From positions 832 through 64,831 of the IMG/VR virus record IMGVR_UViG_3300031998_000080: a stretch of DNA of 64,000 nucleotides; one strand, given 5' to 3'. Made by a program: the position numbers and the translations under genes. The notes under the pieces are model-generated. The model worked only from the letters and a program-made list of their open reading frames with translations, did not search any database and was not told the DNA's origin. The stretch is from a virus (taxonomy: Duplodnaviria > Caudoviricetes). Of this stretch, positions 36,201 through 43,302 are shown one piece after another; the stretch's first letter is position 1; each line of letters opens with the position of its first letter.

Positions 36201-39200
36201 TCCGCGGTTTGTTCAATCTGACTGAAGCGCAGATTAACCGAGTGGCGCAGGGTCTCAACCCGAACATCAGCGCGTCCGACATTGAGACTCTCGACGGGTA
36301 CGGTCAGTTGCGCGAGAAGTTCGAAGCCGCCAACCACGGCGACGAGGAACGTCAGGACATGTACGACCGTGTTGCGGACGTCGCCGAGAAGATTGGACTT
36401 GTCATCGGTGTGGAGTCGATGGGCAGGGGTTTCGCCGGCGGTTACAACAACCGTTCCAACTCGTTGAAGATTAACCGGCTCACCTGGGGACCGATGAACG
36501 ACGACGAGCGTGCTACAACCCTGCTTCACGAGTTCATCCACTCTGTTACCAACTATGCGCTGAAGAGTGCTGAGGAGGGCGTCCCTAACGCAAAGGACGG
36601 GCTGTACGATTCCGCCAACCTTGCGAGGGATATCTTCCGGCAGATTACTAAGGGCACTCCAGAGGACGTCGCCCCCCTGCGTGGTTACAGCCTCGAGAAC
36701 GTGGACGAAATGATGGCCGAAATGGCCAATCCGAAAATCCGCGACCGCTACAAGAACCGCCGCATGTGGGTGGATCACTCTGGTTCCAGTCCGAAGGTGT
36801 ACGGATTCCAAGTGGACGGTGCCGAGGAAACTACCGCGTGGGCTTTGCTCAACGAGGCTCTTGACGGCATTCTCAAGAACTTTGACAAGTCTCTCTTCGA
36901 CCGCTTCATCGGGCGTAGCAACGACTTTATGTGGGATTTGTCCAAGCCCTACGTCCGCGAGGCAGACAAGCCGAAGGGCAGGGTTTGGGTGAGCGAGGAC
37001 GGAGACGTTCTCGGAAACGAGGTTGTTCCAGAGACCGACACTGTTGATGACGACTTGTCGGACGAGGAAAAAACAATTAAGGAGAACGCAATCGCCGAAG
37101 GGACCTTTATGAAGGCCCCGAACGGGAATCCGACAAACCTGAGCGAGAAGCAGTGGCTTCAGGTCAGGACCGCCGCGTTCAAGAATTGGTTTGGTAATTG
37201 GGACATCGCCGCCATGACCACTCCAATCCTTAAAAGCGAGGGAACTTTCACGAATCTTTCCGAAGCGGAGGATTGGGCAAAGAAGAACTTGCAGGGTAAG
37301 GGAAGGACTAACCGTTTCACGGGGGATTATATCTCGATAGGCAGGCGTTCCGTCAAGGAAATGCTCAACGAGAAAGCCCTGAAGAACAGTGACTCTATCA
37401 ACGCTCATCTGTCCGCACTCCGCTCTGTCCTCGACTTCATTGAGACGGGAATCCCCGCGGAAACGCACAGAGACGTACACGGTAGGGACTTCGATGTAAT
37501 GAGGCTCTATAACGCCATCGAAATTGACGGCGAGCTGTATCGGGTCAAATCAACTGTGAAGAAGGTCCGCTCGGGAGACAGATACTATACCTACGAGGTA
37601 CAAGAAATGGAACTGATGGAAGAACGCCGGGCGAACCGGGAGTCGGAGGGGCAGAGCCCAGTCACGACCAATAGTCCCATCAATTCCATTACTGGTGCAA
37701 AGTTACTAAAAGGCGTCAAAAAAACAAACTCTTCCGAGGAAATTCTTGATTATTCCAAGATTGTGGACGAGAACGGCGAGCCGAGAGTCCTTTATCATGG
37801 GACGAAGCGCCAGTTCTGGTCGTTCGACCCGTCTCAGGCGAGAAAATACACTGACGGGATGAACTTCTTTTCTCTCGACAGAGAGTTCTCCGAGTCGTGG
37901 ATTAATCGTGATGATGACAGACAGCGTTCGCCCGAAGATAACAAGCGTCTTGAGGATGCCTGGCAGAAGTCAAGAGAGCACAAGGCGGAAATAGCAAGAC
38001 AGCTTGCAAAGACATATGGCAGGGACTACATTGACTCGGAAGAGTGGAAGGAAGCCGAGAAGGGATTTGAGCAATGGGAACGGGACAATCTCGGACTTGA
38101 CGGAATGACCGTCAGGGAGGCGAGGATGGATCTCGGGAAACGACTCCTTCCTGTCTTTATCAATTCACGAAACCCGTATATCCCCACCGAGCGATACGAT
38201 ATCGACGGGAAGCAGATGCTAATCGACCTCGGCGTCATGGAGAATCCAGACGCTATGGCTGACATGTACGCAAGGGGCGGTGCGTATATCTACTACGAGA
38301 GAAAGAGGGTTACTGACGAACTGAAGCGCAGGGGTTATGACTCCATCTACCTCTCTGAGGACGTTTGGTCAGACCCGTCAAAGAATCTGCGTACGCTCGG
38401 CGTGTGGGATGCAAACAGAATCAAGTCCGCTACCGATAACAATGGTGAGTTCAATCCAGAGAACAACGATATCCGCTACCGTGAGGAAACCGACGCCGAT
38501 ACCATCGAGCGTCTTGATTCCGAGCCGACCGTCACCGCCTACCGTGCGATGCAGTTCGTCCCGAATCCGAACGGAGACGTGGAATACGACCTCGGGGACG
38601 GCAGGGGAGTACAGAGGGGATATCTCTATCCTCCCATGTCCGCAGTCGTGGAAGGCGAGTGGAGACCGCCCGTGCCGTTCAACAAGTGGGAACGTTCCGT
38701 CGAACGTCCCGACCTCGTGGACGAGAAGGGCAGATTCAAGCTCGACAAGGGTAACAAGAAGTCGCTGAACGCGGCGTACAACCCCTATTTCCATTCGTCC
38801 GGCACGATGCTGAACGACCAGTTCAGCGAGGCGCAGGACCGTGGCAACCTCGTCGTGGTGGAGGTGCAGATTCCAGAACGGGAGGTGTCCGAGCGGAACA
38901 TGAATCCGTACAAGGCCGAGAAGGCGAAGGACGCCGTCGGCAAGCTCGAATGGAAGGCCGGCCCGATTCAGGGACAGCTGACCGGCACCCGTCCCGTCTA
39001 TCTCTCCCGCTGGGACAAGCCCGTCCGTATCGTTCCCGTAAGCGAGGTTGCGGACAACGTGGCGGCGCAGATCGCCGGCCAGGTCGAAACGATGCCCACC
39101 AACGTGGTGTGGCCGCAACTCCGTTCCGAACTCAAGAAGCGGGGCGTCAAGTTCGTGGAGACCGACAATCAGGGCTATCTCGTCGGCGGGGAGAACGAAG

Positions 39201-42200
39201 GCAAGTCTTATTCCTCCGTGTACGGCAAGAAAAAGACCTCGAAGGAACAGAGGGAAGCGAAGAAGGCCCGGGACGAGAGGGAAGCCGCAAAGGAACGCAT
39301 CCGTCTCGCCGAGGTGAAAGCCACGAACGAGACCCTCGACCGCATGGGTCAGGAACTCGGAGTCAAGATTAACAAGGTCGGGCGTTCCGAAATGCCCGCC
39401 GGACACAAGACCGCGAAGGGCTACTACAACCCCAAGACGGGCGAAATGACCATCTGCATGGACAACGTGACCGACGAGCGGGACGCCATCGCAACCGTCA
39501 TCCACGAGACCGTAGGCCACAAGGGACTGCGCGAGCTCTTCGGTCCCCGTTTCCGTGAGGCTATGGTCAATATCTACGCATCCCTCGACGCGAAGGGCAG
39601 GGCGTGGGTGAACGGGTATATCGCCCGCCACGGCCTCGGCTTCGGAGACGAGGGCATCGCTCACGGCATGGAGGAATACATGGCGCACCTCGCCGAGAAC
39701 GGGGACTTCCGCAACAAGACCGTCTGGGAGAAGATTAAGGAAATCCTCGGACGCATCGTGGACGCCGTGTTCGGCACCGACGGCTTCGTGTTCACGGACA
39801 ACGAGTTGAACTACATTCTCCGTGCGTCCTACGAGCACCTCAAGAATCCGAACTGGCTCGACACAATCCCCGGCTGGGCGAAGGACACCCTGATGAAGCG
39901 TGCGCTCGGCATCAACGAGACCGGCCCGAACAGACCCACCGACCCCGAAGGTCCGGGGATGGGTCTCCGTTTCCGTGACGGGGAGACCGGCATCGCCAAC
40001 GAGGACTACAACGCCGACATGAAGCTCTCGAAGAACGCCGCCATCATGGAGAACCAGAACGCCGACCTCCCCGTGAAAATCGGATATGAGAAAATCCTGA
40101 AGGAGAAGTACGGAGACAAGTGGCTCGAGAAGATGAAGGACCTCCGTGACGACGAGGACTACCTCACCCGTCACAACCTCGCAAGCAGTCGCGCGGAGAC
40201 AGAGGCCCACAACTTCGAACTGTTCAGGTTCACCCCGCTCATGGAACAGGTGCGGGCCGTCCAGAAGAAACTGGTCGGTGACAAGTCCAACAAGCAGTCC
40301 CGCGAGGACGCATACGAGCGAATCCTCGACTATATCTACGCCGTCTCCGGCCTCGAGAGAAACGAGTACAAGAACAACGAGATAGAAGCGGAGAAGCAGG
40401 ACGCCCTGAAGGCTCTCGATGACGCCCTCGCACAGAAGATTGACGAGATCAACAACAGCGGAAAGACCGAGGGCGAGAAGGCTGACGCCATCGACCGCGC
40501 GAAGAAGTCCTATGACAAGAAACGTGCGGACACCGTAGTGCGCTACGACGCCATGAAGAAGGACTGGTCTGGTCTGACCTCGCTCACGGGACACCCGTCT
40601 AACGAATGGATGTTCGCCGAAGCGGACGCCCGCGCCCTCGTCGATTCGTTCAAGAAGGCGGTCGGGGATGACGCCATGCTCGACGCCCTCTGGGACCGCA
40701 TCCGCGACTGCACCGACTTCTCGCTTGAGCACGCATACAAGTACGGACTGCTCACACGGGAGGAATTCGAGAGACTGCACGGCACTGCGACCCAGCCGAG
40801 AATGTGGCAGTACTACGTCCCTCTGCGTGGCTTCAATGAGGAAACCGCCGAGGAAACCTTCGACTATTCCCGATTCCTCAGCCCGTCCAATGGCGGTGCG
40901 GTCGTGAAGGAAATGAAGGGACGTTGGACCGAAGCCGACAACCCGCTCGCCAACATACTGAACATAGCCGAGAGCGAAATCGTCCAGGGCAACGACAACT
41001 GGGCGAAGCAGGCCCTCTACCGCTTCGTGCTGAACGCCGGCGAGAACAGTCTGCTCACGCAGGTAGAGCCGTGGTACACCAAGAATCCCGCAACTGGCGA
41101 GTGGTCGCTCACGGAACCCTATGAGGGCGAGACCCTCGAGGACTTCGAGAAGCGTATGCAGATGCTTCGCGCCCTCGACGAGCCTCTCGCAAAGAAGGGA
41201 CGCAGGGGACTGAAGCTCGACAAGATAATGGCGAACAAGGCCCACCGCAACGAGCACATGATCCGTCTCAAGGTGGGCGGCATGGACAAGATGATTTGGG
41301 TGAACGGCAACCCCGCTCTCGCAAAGGCGGTGTCGGGCATGAGCAGGGCGCAGAACATGAAGTGGTTGCGCCGCGCCAGCCGTGTCCTCTCCAACCTCTT
41401 CACGACCTACTCGCTCGACTTCTCCGTCAAGAACCTAATCCGAGACACCATCTATTCGAGGTCGGCCCTTCTCGTCAAGGAGGACCGCGCATACCGACGT
41501 CAGTACGAGAAGAACTGGTGGAACAACTTTGGCTACGGCGCCTTCGCCTTCCCGATGATTCGGCTGGCGGCGCAGTGGGAGAGCGGTAAACTCCAGAGCA
41601 AGCCGGAAAATCTCCGCACCAAGAAGGAACAGCAGTTCATCGACTTTATGACCGACGGCGGACAGACGGGCTACACCATCATCAACTCCGTCAATGAAAT
41701 CAAGAAGTCACTCGAGCGTTCGATGCGCCGTGCGGGAGAAAAGACCGGCAAGGTCACGATTCCGATTCTCGGTTGGTACGCCGAGGGCGTCAAGACGCTC
41801 AACGAGGCGTTCGAACTCCTGACCCGATTCACGGCGTACCAGACCTCCCGCGACATGGGACGCTCGGGACAGCGGTCCGCTTCCGACGCGAAGGAAATCT
41901 CCGTGAACTTCAACCGCCGTGGCGCTCAGTCCGGCGAGGGCGTGTGGGGTAACATAGCCGCCTACCTCGGTGCGACGCATTACTTCTACAATGCGGGCGT
42001 GCAGGGCTTCGACAACTTCCTCCGTCTGTTCAAGACCAACCCCGTCAAGATGGGGACCATCACCGGCGGGCTCGTCGTAATGGGTATGGTAACGCCGTTG
42101 CTCAACTCCATGCTCGCCGGCGCCTTCGGTGGCGGAGACGGAGGGGACGACGACTGGTACTGGAACCTGCCCGAATGGGTGAGACGGAACAATATCGTCA

Positions 42201-43297
42201 TCGGAACGGGACGCTGGTATCTCGCAATCCCTCTCGCAGTGGAGTTCCGCGCACCCTACGGTCTCGGAGACATAGCGAGCTCGGCGTTCTGTTACCACAA
42301 GACCCCGACCAGAGGCTCGGGCGACGTCCCGTTCGGCGACCTCGCGCTTGACTTCATCAACACGGCGGCGAACATTCTCCCCGTCAATCCAGTCGAAGGT
42401 TACACCCCGTCGAACAGCAACATCGGCGACGCACTCATCCGCGCCGTGGCGCCCGACGCAGGCATGTTCTTCGTGGACTGGGCGACCAACAGAGACTACA
42501 CGGGACGCCCGCTCTGGAAGGAAAACCCGTTCAACGAGACCGTTCCGAAGTCCCAGGGCGCATACGCGAGCACTCCGAAGGGGATCGTGGCCGCATGCCA
42601 GAAGATAGCCGAGGTCACGGGCGGACGGATAGATATCGCCCCGGGCCTCGTCCGCGACGCCATGAACAACTACGGAGGCGGTTTCTTCCGTGTGGCCGAG
42701 GACGCATCGAAGGTGCTCACGGGCATCTTCGACAACGACCCCGAGCGTCCGTTCCGCTGGGACAACGTCCCGTTCTTCAGCGGATTCACGGGACATATCG
42801 ACGAGGATCGCATGAACTCCTACGCCGTGAACGCACTGAGGGAGTACGAGGAACTCTCCGAGGAGAACGTGAAACGCCTGAACGCAGTCTGCAACACAAG
42901 CGACCTCACCGCCGCTATGGTCTACGGCGACACCCCCGTCCCCGAGCAGTACGAGTCGAAGGTGAACGTGTGGAAAACCCTGCACCCGAAGGCTTACGAA
43001 CTCGGGCGCATGTACCGCGAGGGCATGAACAACACCTATAAGATGAAGCAGTACGTCCGCGGTGCGAAGGCCGGCCAGTGGCACAAGTCCAACGAGGTCG
43101 AGCAGTACGGCGTCACAGCGCTCAAGAAGCAGTGGAAAACCCTGCGGGACGAGTGGGCGGCCATGCCGGAGAACACCCTCGGCGAGAGGTCTCTCAAGGC
43201 CGAGAAACTGCTCGAGGTACAGCAGGCGTGGCACACCTACTACGACGCCGAGGGCAACCTCGCCGACCGGCTGATGAAATATGAATATGGCAAGTAG
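27218..43297 (+). CDS. Giant polyvalent internal virion protein (SF2/strawberry-notch-like helicase, degenerate adenine MTase, two HExxH metallopeptidase-like, LPD3-like, ART-like, LPD38-like domains)
   Basis: GTGTGKT (~33180), YDECQN (~33430), GLSLHDTT...QAEGRTFR (~34780), LVPFAGRG (~35260), HEFIH (36527), FKNWFGNW (~37180), NGEPRVLYHGT (~37775), HETVGH (39503). Confidence 0.85.
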   Translation: MPSDKKGSIFLQYQNGTSKSLSPDEFEKKRSQIYDSDPGVRASHISLYDRGDEDIADDDRFIIASENDEPFEVDAKTFKANRDALYGAGFKKLNVQKVRPVKYFSEQGDEQKAVINNRIKAIEEAERETDKAARGAYKERQKEMDKRPWWQKALGALSQAERESNPYVADLKNAGSPDTYEGWLNTEERDSYGADLKNYQAAKRMLKDAQDLQGSLTKGEAKKNADAKGFAGKVQNFIKGSLQGQKQYVMNEENWSALLGMENAGAMYGLQQKIEDILGDVPENASGDDVEKAIKEGLSESERALFDSVQASGAVSAALEGEIAPSVKAGQTMAMSERMGLEFLLLNGAAGAGGRTAKRAVTRYLEKRLVKDGLGKFATGVAKGASRLVGEEAGALVGGALQTALGPSNYSEVAKSTQEAMKAFMSSPAAFMDPETRIKYGIEGPQKMGEMVWDGALNMLFENATEFGLGPVNKLTGAIGKAGYKGFKKLGWDTLANLMSPQVSAFLNRMGIQSLAEETGEEVNGAIIDYLRGNKEAIKDFADLENMGVLMASFIPTIGVGAGVSAVQRGVVNNRYNKAYEAYKDYLIDERGMSEEDADKIASSVKGENPEELGRKAAVLLNAVGNGNSQGKDVEGQLILDLLTAARDRNAAHGADQIRREDEHEKEREELYDRTGRKQFWRTREAELTDEGGTPYTGEEEYVDYLTTGGENNLFIRKENSDGSLDTVDENGNERTLSAQEVEQGLKDGTFGARRSMSVEDYLDLRNGVKKDAEWNVSRERVSAMGAYEEGLQFGDGASHDDVYMTNLNANEARNNAVALGVDEAALDSSPEEIARMAFDERQEGNLELADALSAYANAKGAQQGLYDGYMETATNRATVATDAAMNGAVLNDGTVITANLGDSPVYITSDDVNVARDGSVSVIGGTPKSMVMVRLMDGTSVPVPASDLSRATKTQAESFRRDMIDWSVFQAEDQYYQMANTVSPEGKTAALAPYVNHTILIEDPETGDVSSVTVLGVNRNTGMVTVKDATGNGPSRSISAELLYDTAQKDEQGNISLDVTSADNKVQQAPQGQQAPAPQTQQPVQGTQAQNPADIQGTTQTIIIDGEPVDVFVEQADNDSVLFSYENMNGETVNGNMSPDEFRQAMQGTQTPTPAPAPAPTPTPEPAPAQEPVAETAPAATESGIPLDEKTGEPIYDAEGITPEQAYDDIYGRFGEDTSDADSFVVEQSEAADKALARAQRAVLKADAEKAEIDKWKRNPGEGLNAFAKRKEDAKAEVDKKTAKYRDELPELQRKSDFWKEIKEVADENIAEAKKEAERQKLIEQYGVDPRGFNLTPQTMEEALANDLAGLFRSGQKLKLGSVLDLVGWDKRKDLRKNGYGFVLSNKTDAVPVDKFVMGVADDWPGYISDEQDAINMVGDLLMSHTRGELGQLIFNNRLEAARRQAENEETPAEAPATPEVPVAETPETPVEETTEVPVAETQTEETAEEPATEEALEDLPEDLPEAEEEAETETETATEEEQEEEQPEPEQQAQTEEEAPENNAPNQEEMGQENEAPASETQKESVTSQKEGENEAEQELTEEEIRNSGYPDPDIIDSAVDYINGEKGFAETLAYQQVKDYVRTNGRTTEQTGRNAGEAQLDGRPVQTPGMGAERSGGETVSVGGEGNGEGTPGTMGASDSGVLSGETGAQATGENGQRTRKGAVGSRDAGRRGGTDESGLQLADDAGGQSVDEGRTGETDKRGTEAGSIDIDALGGELEGLLDEFNSTLPSVTRQVNGVGRTLYANAPEGIAERDRNSGKLSRKRPKKQTASISLDGMTPKQQALAAKILFSSAKLGYAYAKTEGLTTFNDFRRWFKSKFGDAVMKGLNYDESSLDAFIGEVWNTKLNIEGKRLPLSGHSSEIHDLEIRDERDISVEERIARQQRANKKGVAVIRGSRKNIAESVPILTPGQWDDLVAIERQFFDESHNDYDHAYGKGMLVTNGTGTGKTFTGLGTIKRFIDEGKGRILVVAPASMKKEWSDKAKMLGIKLSVLENTKDKGEGAIVTSYENFRMNKALYEDTFDLVVYDECQNIIENQQGEETLAFTAHKRIANKDIENAEERLASNTELGKRRSELEARVRSLNTERKKPKPNKAKGQTKDERIAEIDIEKSMLEAEIQSLTAQIDAIKPQFRDEAEKAVKRTKVLMLSATPFNTIANLRYGAGFVFNYPQVFKSDGTEVTDEGQKESAFWTEWFRGDQPMEQLEVEFGDHLLDELETCYFRELENGYDYSREHPDVSGMIMATRFNQAMDALHGQKYKPLLDNAGFIDKPQWTSLLYETMKVSAMRDRLKEHLAAGRKIVIFHDRLHPTQSSKENLPPVGPPFQTVLDVNLMAKNAPIALIADFKRDFADVLKWEAGLDYRPVNEQVIDFFATDEDRAKYAAERQKHAKEIEEWQKELETYLRNHPDMTDEELEDDNDFQKILKKRPKGTQLEAESVAVYNGECTPKEKETAKAQFNDDNSKVKIICVTTRSGGAGLSLHDTTGVHQRVMIQTALPFSPIGFIQAEGRTFRWGNRSNAIFEYPRLGIEHEVRVFAMSFNAKAETVENIAHGFRGRGLKDSIMTGFYENSGNVPIDGEGIGGVERDRRGSTLTGMAKAKHDYEVAQRKGFKPGDKSIPEPIGFSIATWAQATSGDTALVPFAGRGSIARYVPTGITLGVMETDPSLQTDLLCTAGRPELKLREGLFGELNPINKADVVLLDGNYDEMTVDPIGSMRKGFSHLSEGGRMIAIIPDKYNATAELGALAKDGALTRMIIGVGKGVLDGNNEPMDIVIVDKVTRKELRNNAPAAIINDLTNLTKEQLFDQLENIKVPERIVDVQAIKSKKVKAVLTELRKNKLIGKAELQREETDNPQVYIYMTERFGKGMNQSRFSLESCDNSYWIDTSKWQYIRFSKAEKVNQDNPLIQNYQWLKETLALTDGEFRKKTRTYDARQEDVEALKDLYRSYMKLIRGLFNLTEAQINRVAQGLNPNISASDIETLDGYGQLREKFEAANHGDEERQDMYDRVADVAEKIGLVIGVESMGRGFAGGYNNRSNSLKINRLTWGPMNDDERATTLLHEFIHSVTNYALKSAEEGVPNAKDGLYDSANLARDIFRQITKGTPEDVAPLRGYSLENVDEMMAEMANPKIRDRYKNRRMWVDHSGSSPKVYGFQVDGAEETTAWALLNEALDGILKNFDKSLFDRFIGRSNDFMWDLSKPYVREADKPKGRVWVSEDGDVLGNEVVPETDTVDDDLSDEEKTIKENAIAEGTFMKAPNGNPTNLSEKQWLQVRTAAFKNWFGNWDIAAMTTPILKSEGTFTNLSEAEDWAKKNLQGKGRTNRFTGDYISIGRRSVKEMLNEKALKNSDSINAHLSALRSVLDFIETGIPAETHRDVHGRDFDVMRLYNAIEIDGELYRVKSTVKKVRSGDRYYTYEVQEMELMEERRANRESEGQSPVTTNSPINSITGAKLLKGVKKTNSSEEILDYSKIVDENGEPRVLYHGTKRQFWSFDPSQARKYTDGMNFFSLDREFSESWINRDDDRQRSPEDNKRLEDAWQKSREHKAEIARQLAKTYGRDYIDSEEWKEAEKGFEQWERDNLGLDGMTVREARMDLGKRLLPVFINSRNPYIPTERYDIDGKQMLIDLGVMENPDAMADMYARGGAYIYYERKRVTDELKRRGYDSIYLSEDVWSDPSKNLRTLGVWDANRIKSATDNNGEFNPENNDIRYREETDADTIERLDSEPTVTAYRAMQFVPNPNGDVEYDLGDGRGVQRGYLYPPMSAVVEGEWRPPVPFNKWERSVERPDLVDEKGRFKLDKGNKKSLNAAYNPYFHSSGTMLNDQFSEAQDRGNLVVVEVQIPEREVSERNMNPYKAEKAKDAVGKLEWKAGPIQGQLTGTRPVYLSRWDKPVRIVPVSEVADNVAAQIAGQVETMPTNVVWPQLRSELKKRGVKFVETDNQGYLVGGENEGKSYSSVYGKKKTSKEQREAKKARDEREAAKERIRLAEVKATNETLDRMGQELGVKINKVGRSEMPAGHKTAKGYYNPKTGEMTICMDNVTDERDAIATVIHETVGHKGLRELFGPRFREAMVNIYASLDAKGRAWVNGYIARHGLGFGDEGIAHGMEEYMAHLAENGDFRNKTVWEKIKEILGRIVDAVFGTDGFVFTDNELNYILRASYEHLKNPNWLDTIPGWAKDTLMKRALGINETGPNRPTDPEGPGMGLRFRDGETGIANEDYNADMKLSKNAAIMENQNADLPVKIGYEKILKEKYGDKWLEKMKDLRDDEDYLTRHNLASSRAETEAHNFELFRFTPLMEQVRAVQKKLVGDKSNKQSREDAYERILDYIYAVSGLERNEYKNNEIEAEKQDALKALDDALAQKIDEINNSGKTEGEKADAIDRAKKSYDKKRADTVVRYDAMKKDWSGLTSLTGHPSNEWMFAEADARALVDSFKKAVGDDAMLDALWDRIRDCTDFSLEHAYKYGLLTREEFERLHGTATQPRMWQYYVPLRGFNEETAEETFDYSRFLSPSNGGAVVKEMKGRWTEADNPLANILNIAESEIVQGNDNWAKQALYRFVLNAGENSLLTQVEPWYTKNPATGEWSLTEPYEGETLEDFEKRMQMLRALDEPLAKKGRRGLKLDKIMANKAHRNEHMIRLKVGGMDKMIWVNGNPALAKAVSGMSRAQNMKWLRRASRVLSNLFTTYSLDFSVKNLIRDTIYSRSALLVKEDRAYRRQYEKNWWNNFGYGAFAFPMIRLAAQWESGKLQSKPENLRTKKEQQFIDFMTDGGQTGYTIINSVNEIKKSLERSMRRAGEKTGKVTIPILGWYAEGVKTLNEAFELLTRFTAYQTSRDMGRSGQRSASDAKEISVNFNRRGAQSGEGVWGNIAAYLGATHYFYNAGVQGFDNFLRLFKTNPVKMGTITGGLVVMGMVTPLLNSMLAGAFGGGDGGDDDWYWNLPEWVRRNNIVIGTGRWYLAIPLAVEFRAPYGLGDIASSAFCYHKTPTRGSGDVPFGDLALDFINTAANILPVNPVEGYTPSNSNIGDALIRAVAPDAGMFFVDWATNRDYTGRPLWKENPFNETVPKSQGAYASTPKGIVAACQKIAEVTGGRIDIAPGLVRDAMNNYGGGFFRVAEDASKVLTGIFDNDPERPFRWDNVPFFSGFTGHIDEDRMNSYAVNALREYEELSEENVKRLNAVCNTSDLTAAMVYGDTPVPEQYESKVNVWKTLHPKAYELGRMYREGMNNTYKMKQYVRGAKAGQWHKSNEVEQYGVTALKKQWKTLRDEWAAMPENTLGERSLKAEKLLEVQQAWHTYYDAEGNLADRLMKYEYGK
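32085..32501 (+). CDS. Candidate overprinted gene (138 aa) in the +1 frame inside the giant gene
   Basis: Amphipathic-helix-like, Trp-containing sequence, while the host frame is a G/E/R/T-rich disordered linker; A-rich sequence before the ATG. Confidence 0.55.
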   Translation: MLELTVEQLNKLAEMPVKHSWMADLFKLPGWAQNEVEEKLCQWVEKETGKGLLAQWALRTAGYFLERPGLKQLAKTDSVLARALSEVGTPDDAVELMNQDYNWLMTPADKASMKDVLERLISGELKPDQLTLTPSEES

Positions 43298-43302
43298 AAG
43301 AT

